A DNA stretch of 64,000 nt. Origin: Candidatus Falkowbacteria bacterium RIFOXYA2_FULL_47_19 (GTDB lineage: Bacteria; Patescibacteriota; Patescibacteriia; Patescibacteriales; UBA12075). Below, piece after piece: positions 28,908 through 38,470 of the stretch. Location: the NCBI GenBank assembly GCA_001780275.1, contig MFGB01000020.1, positions 40,813 to 104,812 on the forward strand, in the 5' to 3' direction. The position numbers were made by a program, and so were the translations under genes. Under the pieces are notes generated by a model. The model worked only from the letters and a program-made list of their open reading frames with translations, was not told the origin of the DNA and did no database searches. Numbering within the stretch: position 1 is the first letter of the stretch; every line of letters begins with the position of its first letter.

Positions 28908-29948
28908 ATGAAAATAGCACAAGTAGCGCCCATAATCGAACGCATTCCCCCGAAAAAATACGGCGGCATAGAAAGGGTCGTTTACGCCCTGACCGAAGGA
29001 CTCGTAAGGCGCGGCCATGACGTTACCCTGTTTGCCAGCGGCGACTCGGTTACCGCCGCTAAACTGTCGTCGGTTTATCCGCAAAGCCTCCGCGAGACGA
29101 GGGTAAGCGATCTTTACGGATTGAACGTCCTTTCCCTCCTTAATATCGGGGCCGCGTACGACCGTCAGGATGAGTTCGATATAATACACGAACATAACGG
29201 CTATACCGCCCTGCCGACGGCGCAGATCGCCCGCAAGCCGGTGATCATGACGATGCACGGCCCGTTCACGCCGGAGGTCGCGAGGGTGTTTAAAATGCTT
29301 AATAAACCGTTTTTGGTTACCATTTCCCGGGCTCAGGCGGAAAACGTCCCCGGCATAAACCTTTTAGGAACTATCTATCACGGACTTGATATGGAAAACT
29401 ATCCTTTTTCCGGGGAGCACGAAGGCTATTTGCTTTTCGTGGGGCGGATATCGCTCGAAAAAGGAACGCACCTCGCGATCCAAACCGCCATCTACCTGAA
29501 CCTGCCCCTCGTGATCGCGGCCAAGCTTGAAGAGACGGACATGTCCTATTTTAAGCAGTATGTCGGTCCCCATCTGTCCGAAAGGATAAGATGGGTGGGG
29601 GAGGTGGAAGAAGAAGAGCGTAACCGCCTCATGAGCAAGGCCCTGTGTTTTCTCCATCCCGTTACTTGGAGAGAACCGTTCGGCCTTACCCTGATCGAGG
29701 CTATGGCCTGCGGATGCCCGGTTGTGGCGATGAACCATGGGTCGATCCCGGAGATCGTCAGGGACAACGAAACCGGATTCGTCGTATCAAGCCTCCTCGG
29801 GATGATCGAAGCGGTTAAAAATATCGAAAAAATTGACCGCGCGCGCTGCCGGGAGTACGCGCTTAAGAATTTCAATACCGATAAAATGACCCGAGCGTAT
29901 GAAGATTTATATTTAAAAGCCATACAAGCCGCTTCCGACAAGGGCTAA
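28908..29948 (+). CDS. GT4 family glycosyltransferase
   Basis: MKIAQVAP...PPKKYGGIERVV; EPFGLTLIEAMACGCPVVA; start reassigned to ATG 28908. Confidence 0.93.
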   Translation: MKIAQVAPIIERIPPKKYGGIERVVYALTEGLVRRGHDVTLFASGDSVTAAKLSSVYPQSLRETRVSDLYGLNVLSLLNIGAAYDRQDEFDIIHEHNGYTALPTAQIARKPVIMTMHGPFTPEVARVFKMLNKPFLVTISRAQAENVPGINLLGTIYHGLDMENYPFSGEHEGYLLFVGRISLEKGTHLAIQTAIYLNLPLVIAAKLEETDMSYFKQYVGPHLSERIRWVGEVEEEERNRLMSKALCFLHPVTWREPFGLTLIEAMACGCPVVAMNHGSIPEIVRDNETGFVVSSLLGMIEAVKNIEKIDRARCREYALKNFNTDKMTRAYEDLYLKAIQAASDKG

Positions 29949-29975
29949 ACGGCATTTGGAACAAGACGAAACAAC

Positions 29976-31286
29976 ATGACCGATAAAACGAACAAACCGG
30001 ATTATCTTGAGTTAAAGGAGCTGGCCCTTAAAACCTTAGGCGAGCTTGAAACCGATTACGGCATTCTCGCCTCCGGACGGAACGAACTTTTCGGCTGCCT
30101 TTTCGGGCGTGATTCGCTTATTACCGCCCTAAAACTGCTTCAGGCTTACCGCTATGAAAAAAATCCCTATTATCTCGCTTTAACGAAAAAGATCATAGCT
30201 AACCTGGCGGCGCTCCAGGGGAAAAACGATAATATCGAAAGCGGCGAACAACCGGGCAAGATAATCCACGAATACCGGATAGACAACCACGAACGCCTGA
30301 CGGCCCGGGCGGTCAAACCCTGGTATATCTACAGCGACGGCACTATGCGGAATTACGACAGCCTGGACGCGACGCCCTTGTTCCTTATCGCCGCTTACCG
30401 TTATTGGCAATACAGCGGCGACAACGAATTTATCCAAAACCTGCTCGCGCCGATCAAAGCGGCTTTGCTCTGGATCGACGAATACGGCGACACGGATAAC
30501 GACAACCTCATCGATTACCGGCTTGATCCGGGCCGTAATCACGGCGGTCTTATTTGCCAAAACTGGATGGACAGCACGGAATCGCTTTTTCACGACGACG
30601 GCACGCCGCCCGTTTTTCCGGTCGCGCCCGCGGAAGCGCAAGGTTATGCCTATATGTCCTTAAGGCTTTGGGCGAGATTTTTCCGCGCTCGGGACGGCGA
30701 GTTCTCCGTCCGGCTGACCCGGAGCGCCGATCGCCTTAAAGCAAGTTTTATCGAACGCTTTATCGTAAACCGTAACAATGAAACGGCTTTTGCCAGCAAC
30801 GTCGACAGTACCGGGCCGATGATAACGGCCAGGTCGAATATCGGCCACCTGCTCTGGTCGTGTCTTAACAAGACCGATGACGGCGGAACCGACTGCATAG
30901 TGCCCGACGCCCACATTCCGGCATTGGTAAAACGCATTTTGTCACCCGATCTTTACGAGCCTAAGGCCGGTATCCGTACTTTAAGCCGGCTGTCCGGCAA
31001 CTTTGACCCCCGGGGTTATCATAACGGCTCGATCTGGCCGCACGATAATAGCCTGATCGCCGAAGGCCTGGATAATCTTTCTTATCACGAAGAAGCGCGG
31101 CGCTTAAGAAGAGCGGTACTGGATTCTCTTTATTATTTTAAAACCCCGGTGGAATTGTACGCTTTCGACAATAACCGCCATCAGGAATATGTTTCCCGCC
31201 AGGGCCAATCGGCCTGCCGCCAGCAAGCCTGGAGCGCGGCCGCCATGCTTTCCGACGCTTTAAAGGAAATAAATCGGATCGATTGA
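29976..31286 (+). CDS. Amylo-alpha-1,6-glucosidase/glycogen-debranching-like (alpha/alpha)6 glycoside hydrolase
   Basis: LFGRDSLI, EQPGKIIHE, DATPLF, QNWMDS, YHNGSIWPHDN, QAWSAAA. Confidence 0.9.
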   Translation: MTDKTNKPDYLELKELALKTLGELETDYGILASGRNELFGCLFGRDSLITALKLLQAYRYEKNPYYLALTKKIIANLAALQGKNDNIESGEQPGKIIHEYRIDNHERLTARAVKPWYIYSDGTMRNYDSLDATPLFLIAAYRYWQYSGDNEFIQNLLAPIKAALLWIDEYGDTDNDNLIDYRLDPGRNHGGLICQNWMDSTESLFHDDGTPPVFPVAPAEAQGYAYMSLRLWARFFRARDGEFSVRLTRSADRLKASFIERFIVNRNNETAFASNVDSTGPMITARSNIGHLLWSCLNKTDDGGTDCIVPDAHIPALVKRILSPDLYEPKAGIRTLSRLSGNFDPRGYHNGSIWPHDNSLIAEGLDNLSYHEEARRLRRAVLDSLYYFKTPVELYAFDNNRHQEYVSRQGQSACRQQAWSAAAMLSDALKEINRID

Positions 31287-31385
31287 CCTTAACCGTTGGA
31301 CAAGAAACCGATTATGTGCGAACATAGATTATATTATAACTTGGTTTTTTTAAAAATTTCTAGCGCGGAAAACGGGGGTATTTAA

Positions 31386-31769
31386 GTGAAAAGAAGTAAA
31401 TTTTTCGTTTCTTTGGGGATCGCTATCGCTGCCGTCGGCCTAATCGTGTCTGGCGGAATTTCAGAAGAAAAAAAATCCGCCCTGGTCGCCAAAATAGAAT
31501 GCGACCGGGGAAATACGGATATAATCCGGATAATCGATGAAAACGGAACGACATTCATGATCAGAGCCGATTCAGGAAATATATATCGGGCGATCACGAC
31601 AACCAACGACGTCTCGACGAAAACCCGCTACTTTTTTTATCAAAAAGGCTACGCGATGGACGTAAATATTCCCTTCGGGGAATGGATGGAAAAATTAGCC
31701 GCGGACTGCCCCGATTATCACAAATACATTCAGAAAAAGGAAAACGATTGCCGGATAATATCTGAATAA
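31386..31769 (+). CDS. Exported hypothetical protein
   Basis: GTG start after GGGGG SD, N-terminal hydrophobic segment. Confidence 0.6.
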   Translation: MKRSKFFVSLGIAIAAVGLIVSGGISEEKKSALVAKIECDRGNTDIIRIIDENGTTFMIRADSGNIYRAITTTNDVSTKTRYFFYQKGYAMDVNIPFGEWMEKLAADCPDYHKYIQKKENDCRIISE

Positions 31770-31890
31770 ATCCTCGTTTCCGGCGGTTTTAAACAAGAAA
31801 GGCTCCATAACGGCGCCTTTTTAATTTATTTTTAATAATTTAATGTTATTCTTAAATTATATTAACAAATAATTAATCGAGACTAAATTT

Positions 31891-32289
31891 ATGAGGGGAT
31901 TTAATTCCAACATCGAAAAAGACACCCTGGAAAACGACAACTTCCGGAAAGTACTTTATACCGGAAAAAACAGCCAGCTGGTCCTGATGAGCCTTAAGCC
32001 GGGCGAAGAGATCGGCTCCGAAACCCATTTTGACAACGATCAGTTCTTCCGCTTCGAAAAGGGGAAAGGAAAATGCGTTATCGACGGGAATGAATACGCG
32101 GTCGGTGACGGTACGGCCATCGTCGTGCCCGCCGGCGCGGAACACAACCTCATGAACGTGTCCGATTCCGAGGATTTGAAACTTTATACGATCTATTCTC
32201 CGGCGCATCACAAGGACGGTATCGTGCGCGCCACGAAAAAAGAGGCTGCGGCCAACGAAGCGGAATTCGACGGAAAAACCACCGAATAA
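31891..32289 (+). CDS. Cupin domain protein
   Basis: QLVLMSL.PGEEIG.E.H...DQFF...G....VPAG..HN. Confidence 0.92.
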   Translation: MRGFNSNIEKDTLENDNFRKVLYTGKNSQLVLMSLKPGEEIGSETHFDNDQFFRFEKGKGKCVIDGNEYAVGDGTAIVVPAGAEHNLMNVSDSEDLKLYTIYSPAHHKDGIVRATKKEAAANEAEFDGKTTE

Positions 32290-32418
32290 ATATAATAAAA
32301 ATTTGGAACCGAAAATCTGAAATAAACTTTTTAAAAGCGGAGAATAGTCTCCGCTTTTAATTATCCGTTAATCATATTAATATAAAATTTATAAGTAATT
32401 AACATAATAATTAATAAT

Positions 32419-32823
32419 ATGAACAGAATAATACATTTCGAAATACAGGCGGACAACCCCGAACAGGCGGCGGAATTTTACCGCCATGTATTCGGCTGGA
32501 ATATCGAAAAATACAAGGGGGACGATCTTGGTTTTGAGTACTGGATGGTCATGACTGCCGAGGAGGACAGCCGGGAGCCGGGTATAAACGGCGGGCTCCT
32601 TAAACGCCCCGCCGGAACACCGCCGCCGGAATGTGGCACTAACGCTTATGTCTGCAGCGTGGTTGTCGAAAATTTCGACAAAACCGCCGAAAAAATAAAA
32701 AAGGCCGGCGGCCAGGTGGCTATGCCTAAATTCGCTCTTCCCGGAATGGCCTGGCAGGGATATTTTATAGACACCGAGGGCAATACTTTCGGGGTGCACG
32801 CGCCGGATAAAAACGCCAAATAA
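32419..32823 (+). CDS. VOC/glyoxalase family protein
   Basis: IIHFEI.A...A..FY..VFGW; YFIDTEGNTFG. Confidence 0.92.
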   Translation: MNRIIHFEIQADNPEQAAEFYRHVFGWNIEKYKGDDLGFEYWMVMTAEEDSREPGINGGLLKRPAGTPPPECGTNAYVCSVVVENFDKTAEKIKKAGGQVAMPKFALPGMAWQGYFIDTEGNTFGVHAPDKNAK

Positions 32824-32839
32824 CGATTAAATTAAATTT

Positions 32840-33217
32840 ATGGCAAAACAAAAAAGCGCGTACGTCGACGGATTCGTATTAGTGGTACCGGAAAAAAATC
32901 TGTCCGCTTACAAAAAAATGGCTCAAAAAGCGGGAAAGATTTGGCGCAAATACGGCGCCCTGGACTATAAGGAATGCGTCGGCGATGACCTGAAGACGAA
33001 GTGGGGCGTCCCGTTCCCGAAACTGGTTCGGCTCAAACGGGATGAGATCGTGGTTTTCTCCTACGTAACTTATCGGTCGCGCGCGCATCGCGATCGCGTC
33101 AACGCGCTGGTAATGAAGGATCCGTTCATGAACGACGCGGCATACAAAGACAAACCGATGCCCTTCGACGTGAAGCGCATGGTTTACGGCGGCTTCAAGG
33201 TTTTGGTTGACGGCTAA
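32840..33217 (+). CDS. DUF1428 (YbaA-like) protein
   Basis: YVDGFVL.VP...Y...A...W..YGAL.Y.EC; MPFD.KRM.YGGF. Confidence 0.92.
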   Translation: MAKQKSAYVDGFVLVVPEKNLSAYKKMAQKAGKIWRKYGALDYKECVGDDLKTKWGVPFPKLVRLKRDEIVVFSYVTYRSRAHRDRVNALVMKDPFMNDAAYKDKPMPFDVKRMVYGGFKVLVDG

Positions 33218-33662
33218 ACTTCAGGGCGCTAAAAAATTCGAGAAAAAGACGGAGTCCGATGGATTCCGTCTTTGAATATCGCCCGAAATATGCTATATTT
33301 GAATCATAATATTTATCTATGTCTCACGATATCGAATCAAACTATACCGAGGATTATTGGAACGACGAGAAACAATGCCCGCATTGCAGCAGTTCCGATA
33401 CTCGGGGTGAAGAAATTTTTTGCCGGGAACTCGGGCAAAGGGTGCCGAAAACGGCTCATTGTGATTTTTTCCAATCGGTAGATTAAAAAAAGGTTTCCCG
33501 AAAAAAAGTTTAAACCGTTTAAAAACGGCTGTTTTTACGATTAAACCGATTTTAAAACCCACTCTTGACAATTAACGGTTTTTATCATAGTATTAGAGAA
33601 GAATAATTAAATAAAAACATCGTCTAATAGAACCCGATTGTTCTATTTTTATATTACTTTAT

Positions 33663-34046
33663 ATGACCAACGATAAAAAAGAAAAAAAATCCCCGACGGC
33701 AACCGATAAAAAAGAAGAGGCCGCAAAAAACACCCAGGATCTAAAGCCCGGCATGACCGTGCGTATTTACCAAAAGATCAAGGAATTGAACGCGAAAGGA
33801 GAGGAAAAAGAGAGGGTGCAGTATTTCGAGGGCATGATCATTGCCCGCAAACACGGCCGGGAAAATGGCGCCACCATAACGGTTCGCAAGGTTTCCGACG
33901 GCGTGGGCGTGGAAAAAATATATCCTCTGGCTTTGCCGACGATCGAAAAGATTGAGATCAAAAAGCAGGCGCAGGTACGGCGGGCAAAATTAACCTTCCT
34001 CCGCGGAGACTATAAAAAACGGTTAAAAGAAAAAAAGATCGCCTAG
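33663..34046 (+). CDS. rplS: 50S ribosomal protein L19
   Basis: ERVQYFEG.IIA...TITVRKVS.GVGVEKIYP...VRRAKL.FLR. Confidence 0.96.
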   Translation: MTNDKKEKKSPTATDKKEEAAKNTQDLKPGMTVRIYQKIKELNAKGEEKERVQYFEGMIIARKHGRENGATITVRKVSDGVGVEKIYPLALPTIEKIEIKKQAQVRRAKLTFLRGDYKKRLKEKKIA

Positions 34047-34136
34047 GCGAATCGATAATATCATATATCCGTTTCTGGATATTTTTTACGTTTGGACCTA
34101 AAGCCAAATAATTCGATATGATATTTAAAATATAAC

Positions 34137-34240
34137 CGGACGTGGTGGAATATTTGAGCACGCCCCGCCCTGGGCGGGGTGGGGGCAACCTCGTGAAGGT
34201 TTTAAGCCCGAGGCGGATCAGCCGCGGGCTGACAAGTCTT
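34137..34240 (+). pseudogene. Degenerate tRNA-Leu copy with palindromic anticodon-arm replacement and T-loop insertion
   Basis: CGGACGTGGTGGAAT..CACG-[CCCCGCCCTGGGCGGGG]-..TCGTGAAGGTT-[insert]-CAAGTC matches tRNA-Leu(GAG) at 34290. Confidence 0.75.
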
Positions 34241-34289
34241 TAGACGTTTAAAGCAGCGATATTTTTTAAAAATTTATTTTAAATCATTA

Positions 34290-34373
<84 letters not shown>

Positions 34374-34389
34374 CACAAAAATAATATCA

Positions 34390-34463
34390 GGACGCGTAGC
34401 TCAGCTGGTTAGAGCACCTCGTTTACACCGAGGGGGTCCTAGGTTCGAATCCTTGCGCGTCCA
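34390..34463 (+). tRNA. tRNA-Val(TAC)
   Basis: GGACGCG/CGCGTCC acceptor, CCTCG-TTTACAC-CGAGG, GGTTCGAATCC. Confidence 0.96.
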
Positions 34464-34578
34464 CGATGAAATTTTTTGTTTACATTTTTTATAAAAAAAC
34501 AGAACAAACTCTCCGATAATATTGGCAAATACAGCAATAAGCGCCTTAAAAATTTATTATGCAAGGGGGTAAACACGA

Positions 34579-34833
34579 TTGTATCGATTCAAAGAGGTTA
34601 AAAATAACCGTTGGATAATAGAAAAATTTTATGGATTACTTCGTATCGGCATCTGGTTGCCGGTTAAAGAGAGGTATTATAGTAGCCGCCTTATTCCCCT
34701 TCCGCCGCATATTGATATTGACAACCCTGAAATAAAAAAATTTACCACTAAAAACGAAGCGGCCGTTTGGCTGAAAAACAGGGGTGGCCGCACCGCAAGA
34801 GTCGTTTACAGAAAATACCAGTTCCATTTTTAA
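34579..34833 (+). CDS. Small hypothetical protein
   Basis: TTG start after AGGGGG SD; terminator downstream. Confidence 0.45.
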   Translation: MYRFKEVKNNRWIIEKFYGLLRIGIWLPVKERYYSSRLIPLPPHIDIDNPEIKKFTTKNEAAVWLKNRGGRTARVVYRKYQFHF

Positions 34834-34949
34834 TTAAAAAATCAAAATAAAGCACAGGATACAATAGTATCCTTTTTTATTATTTTAAAATTATTGAATA
34901 GAGGGGGTTTTTACTTTATTTTTTCAAAAAAATGCGCTAGAATGAGAGC

Positions 34950-35378
34950 ATGTTAAAAATAATCACAAAATCAGAAGAAGCCACCCAGGTTTTCGCAAAA
35001 AAATACGCCGAAACCATAGGAGGCGGCGACGTGATAGGCCTGATCGGCGATTTGGGCGCGGGTAAAACCGTATTTACCAGAGGTCTGGCCGAGGCGTTCG
35101 GGATAAAGCGAAGCGTTAACAGCCCGACATTTACCTTAATGAAGGTTTATAAAATTCCAAAAAAAGAATCGTCCATAAAACACTTGGTGCATATTGACGC
35201 CTATCGTTTAAAAAACGCCCGGGAATTATCAAGCATCGGCGCGGAAGAATATTTCGGCCGCGTAGACACAGTGACGATCATCGAATGGGCCGACAAAATA
35301 AAAAAGATCCTGCCGAAAAAAACCAGGTTTATAAAACTAAAGCACGATAAAGACAATAAAAGAATAATTTACTATTAA
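34950..35378 (+). CDS. tsaE: tRNA threonylcarbamoyladenosine biosynthesis ATPase TsaE
   Basis: GDLGAGKT, SPTFTL, HIDAYRL, IIEWAD. Confidence 0.96.
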   Translation: MLKIITKSEEATQVFAKKYAETIGGGDVIGLIGDLGAGKTVFTRGLAEAFGIKRSVNSPTFTLMKVYKIPKKESSIKHLVHIDAYRLKNARELSSIGAEEYFGRVDTVTIIEWADKIKKILPKKTRFIKLKHDKDNKRIIYY

Positions 35379-35390
35379 TTTTTTAATTTT

Positions 35391-36233
35391 ATGTTAAGAG
35401 CCGAACAGCTCCAAAATGCTGCCCTTCAAAAAGCGACACTGGAAGGCCTTTTCCAAAAGTCTAAAAAAGCGTTGGAAGCGGACAAGATATATATGAGAGA
35501 ATTTGTCGATTTATATGGAGAAGAAAATGTTCAGAAAGACGAAGATCGTTTAAAAAGGATAAAGCACTCTTTTAACGATAGCGATCGCGAACAAGGTGTA
35601 GAGGCAAAAAAATTGGCGGACATATTTGAGGCGATTATTTCCGAACAAATAGAGTTAAGCGATTGGTTGGGCGAAAACACTTCGGCCATTCATACCGCCG
35701 AATTTGATGACGTTGTTAATGGAGTGGACGTGATAGCGGAATTCAACGAAGAGGGTAAATCTCCGGATTATATGGGTCTGGCGATTGACGTGTCTTATGT
35801 TCGTGATATCAGGTATAAAATAGAAAAAATCAAAAAAGACATAGATGGAAAAAATTTAAGCCAGATCAAATATTTTAGAGGGGGAAGCGATGATTTTAGG
35901 GGAGAAAAATCCAACATTCCGAAGGTGATCATTACGGCTAATCCCAACACTATACTGGAGTTGGGAGCTTTGTGGCAGAACCGGAAAAACAAAGAACTGG
36001 CCGGACACTATGTGCAATTTCAGATTCTAGACGAAATTATAGTACAACTTGAAGCTTATATGAAATATGCGCAAAAAACCGGCCGGGAAAAGATTGCGGC
36101 GATTTATCAAAAGACGCTTATCAAGATAAAGGAAATTTATGATAATAAAAAACCGGAAGAAAATGATTCCGGTGAGCGCGATTCTTATTTTAAACCGATG
36201 CTGGAAATCGTTGAAAAGATTGAAAATTTATAA
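35391..36233 (+). CDS. Hypothetical protein (possible PD-(D/E)XK-like core)
   Basis: 280-aa ORF; FEAII...DDVVNGVDVI...LAIDVS acidic motifs. Confidence 0.75.
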   Translation: MLRAEQLQNAALQKATLEGLFQKSKKALEADKIYMREFVDLYGEENVQKDEDRLKRIKHSFNDSDREQGVEAKKLADIFEAIISEQIELSDWLGENTSAIHTAEFDDVVNGVDVIAEFNEEGKSPDYMGLAIDVSYVRDIRYKIEKIKKDIDGKNLSQIKYFRGGSDDFRGEKSNIPKVIITANPNTILELGALWQNRKNKELAGHYVQFQILDEIIVQLEAYMKYAQKTGREKIAAIYQKTLIKIKEIYDNKKPEENDSGERDSYFKPMLEIVEKIENL

Positions 36234-36234
36234 T

Positions 36235-36702
36235 TCAACTTTCTTTTTTGAAAGTAAAAAAAATCAATAATCCGACGCTCCCTACTATCAGAATATCGGC
36301 TATATTAAAAACCGTAAAATAGCGCAAATCCAGATAATCAATGACAAAACCGTATTTCAGGCGATCGAATAGATTGCTGGCGGCACCAAATATAAGAATC
36401 AGGATCAGTCCGGCCTCCCGAGGCCGGTCTTTTTTTATTAAATTTAAAAAATAGTACAATAAACTTAAAAGTATTGCCAAGATCAATATATTCAGAAAAA
36501 CCCCGTTAAGCGGCAAAGAAAAAGCGATATAACGGTTTTCCGCGAAACTAAACTTAAAAAAATCGCCTATAAGGCCAAACTCCGCCTGTCTTACGGCTAA
36601 ACATTTTAAAAATCTATCCAAGGCGGCAAAAAAAACAGCCGGTAAAAAATACCGGTCTATTTTATGTAAATTCGATAAAAACATAACGGAAAAATTCATC
36701 AT
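36235..36702 (-). CDS. lspA: Lipoprotein signal peptidase II
   Basis: LDRFLK, N.YIAFS, GAASNLFDRL..GFVIDY, FNIAD; start at the TAATG overlap. Confidence 0.93.
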   Translation of the reverse strand: MMNFSVMFLSNLHKIDRYFLPAVFFAALDRFLKCLAVRQAEFGLIGDFFKFSFAENRYIAFSLPLNGVFLNILILAILLSLLYYFLNLIKKDRPREAGLILILIFGAASNLFDRLKYGFVIDYLDLRYFTVFNIADILIVGSVGLLIFFTFKKES

Positions 36703-37070
36703 TAACCATTCTGCAATTTCGTTTTGCAGGGCACGCAGGCCGAAGCGACCGGCCTGGCCAGAAGGCGCTTTTTTCCGATCGGCTGATGGCAGTATTTGCA
36801 CACTCCGTAAACGCCCTTTTCTATCCGATCCAGGGCGTTCTCTATGTCGCGAAGAGACTCTTCCAGCACCTTGTCGGTGGCCAGATTGGTCGTATATTCA
36901 TCGATTTCCTGGGCGTTTTCATCAAGCTTATCTCCATAATCCGGAAATTTTACCCTGTTTCCGGTCGAAACCTCTTCCAGGTCTTTGAGTATTTGCTCCC
37001 TTTTCTCCGTTAACTCCTTTTTTATTTTTTCTAAAGATTCTGAATCTAATTTATTGTCTTCGGTAGTCAT
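36702..37070 (-). CDS. TraR/DksA C4-type zinc finger protein
   Basis: ALDRIEKGVYGVCKYC.QPI...RL.ARP.A..C..CK. Confidence 0.9.
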   Translation of the reverse strand: MTTEDNKLDSESLEKIKKELTEKREQILKDLEEVSTGNRVKFPDYGDKLDENAQEIDEYTTNLATDKVLEESLRDIENALDRIEKGVYGVCKYCHQPIGKKRLLARPVASACVPCKTKLQNG

Positions 37071-37718
37071 AAACTATTATTAACTGTTAAAAAAAATTTC
37101 TTATTCACAAGAAATTCTATTATTATTATATATCGCCACGACAATTTTGGCAAGCTTTCGATAAATGCGCTATTATAAACCTACCATCTGAAATATAAAT
37201 ACAAATTAAAAAGTGGCCCAACTGGGCCCCCTTCTTATGTAAATAGATGAGGTCACTAATGTTGAGCCACAAGCCCCGGATCTTATTAATTGTTCATATA
37301 CAAGATATGAGCAAGAAAATCCCTGATCACGGAGTTTTTGGAGCTTTTTTCCGACTTAAAAGCATGTTTTCTACCAATCAAGCGGTAAATACCGATTATT
37401 TAAAATATTATAATCAGCACTACCTTTTTTTTGTTTTTGTTTTTGTCTGACCATGTCGGATCTGGCCGAAATGATAAGTAGAAAACAGGAAAATTTAACC
37501 AATTTTATCCGCGAATTTTTATAAGCAGATATTTAGGTAAATTTTTCTTAAATTGTAAATAACTTTTTGTTTATTAACCTATTATTAATATACCATATAA
37601 AATTATTTTAGTCAATCCTAAATGAATCTCTTTTTTTACTTATTATTAGACAAAAATTATTAACTGTTAATAACATATTATTTTTTAAGTCTAGGTATAT
37701 TTAGACTATAAATGTTGT

Positions 37719-37750
37719 TTATCCACAATCTTATCCACAATTGTGAATAA
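37719..37750. promoter_or_regulatory. Cluster of DnaA boxes (candidate oriC)
   Basis: TTATCCACA at 37719 and 37731, TGTGAATAA at 37742, next to an AT-rich non-coding stretch. Confidence 0.55.
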
Positions 37751-37840
37751 TTAAGTCCAGATAAACCTAGACAGCCAGCTCAACCACACTTCATATATGT
37801 TAGTTAGTATTTAAGTCTATAATATTCTGGACTGCATAAC

Positions 37841-38092
37841 AAAACCCCCTCACGTGGGTCTTGAATTGAGGCCTGGACCGCCCCGCCATCCGGCGGGGTC
37901 TTCGCCCCGCTCTGCGGGACTCGAGATTTTTCAAACACTCGCCTATTTGCCAAAAGAATTCCTTTAATATTAGGCCTGGACCGCCCCGCCATCCGGCGGG
38001 GTCTTCGCCCCGCTCTGCGGGACTCGAGATTTTTCAAACACTCGCCTATTAGCCAGAAGAATTCCTTTAATCTGAGGCCTGGACCGGATTTG
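37841..38092 (-). repeat. 103-bp tandem repeats built from degenerate tRNA-Cys 3' ends plus palindromes
   Basis: AGGCCTGGACCG at 37869, 37972 and 38075 (same as tRNA-Cys 3' end at 38253); two near-identical units. Confidence 0.88.
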
Positions 38093-38252
38093 AAGGGGCG
38101 GAAGCCCCAAACCAGCAAGTAAACATGTTAAGTTGCGGAGCAAATTGTTTTCAGAAAAAAAATCGCAATTGCCTTTTAAGATCCGGTCTAAACCGGTTCA
38201 AATCATGATCCCGGCCTCAATTCAAAAACCCCCTTACGGGGGTCTTGAATTG

Positions 38253-38324
38253 AGGCCTGGACCGGATTTGAACCGGTGCATGACAGTTTTGCAAACTGTT
38301 GCCTTACCGCTTGGCTACCAGGCC
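38253..38324 (-). tRNA. tRNA-Cys(GCA)
   Basis: Reverse complement GGCCTGG...ACAGT-TTGCAAA-ACTGT...GGTTCAAATCC..CCAGGCCT, U73 discriminator. Confidence 0.96.
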
Positions 38325-38470
38325 GAATAGACTATGCCAGCTTTACATATGTTGTGGGTTTTTTGTATCAATATAAATGTAATATATCAAAAAATACCGA
38401 ATAACACAAGTAAATAAAAATCCCCATTCGGGGTTTAAATAAGCTTATGTTAAAGAAATCGCTTTGTTTT

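Noticed and set aside
37869..38092. CRISPR array
   Set aside because: Inter-repeat sequences are near-identical rather than unique spacers, the repeat is a tRNA-Cys 3' end, and no cas genes are present
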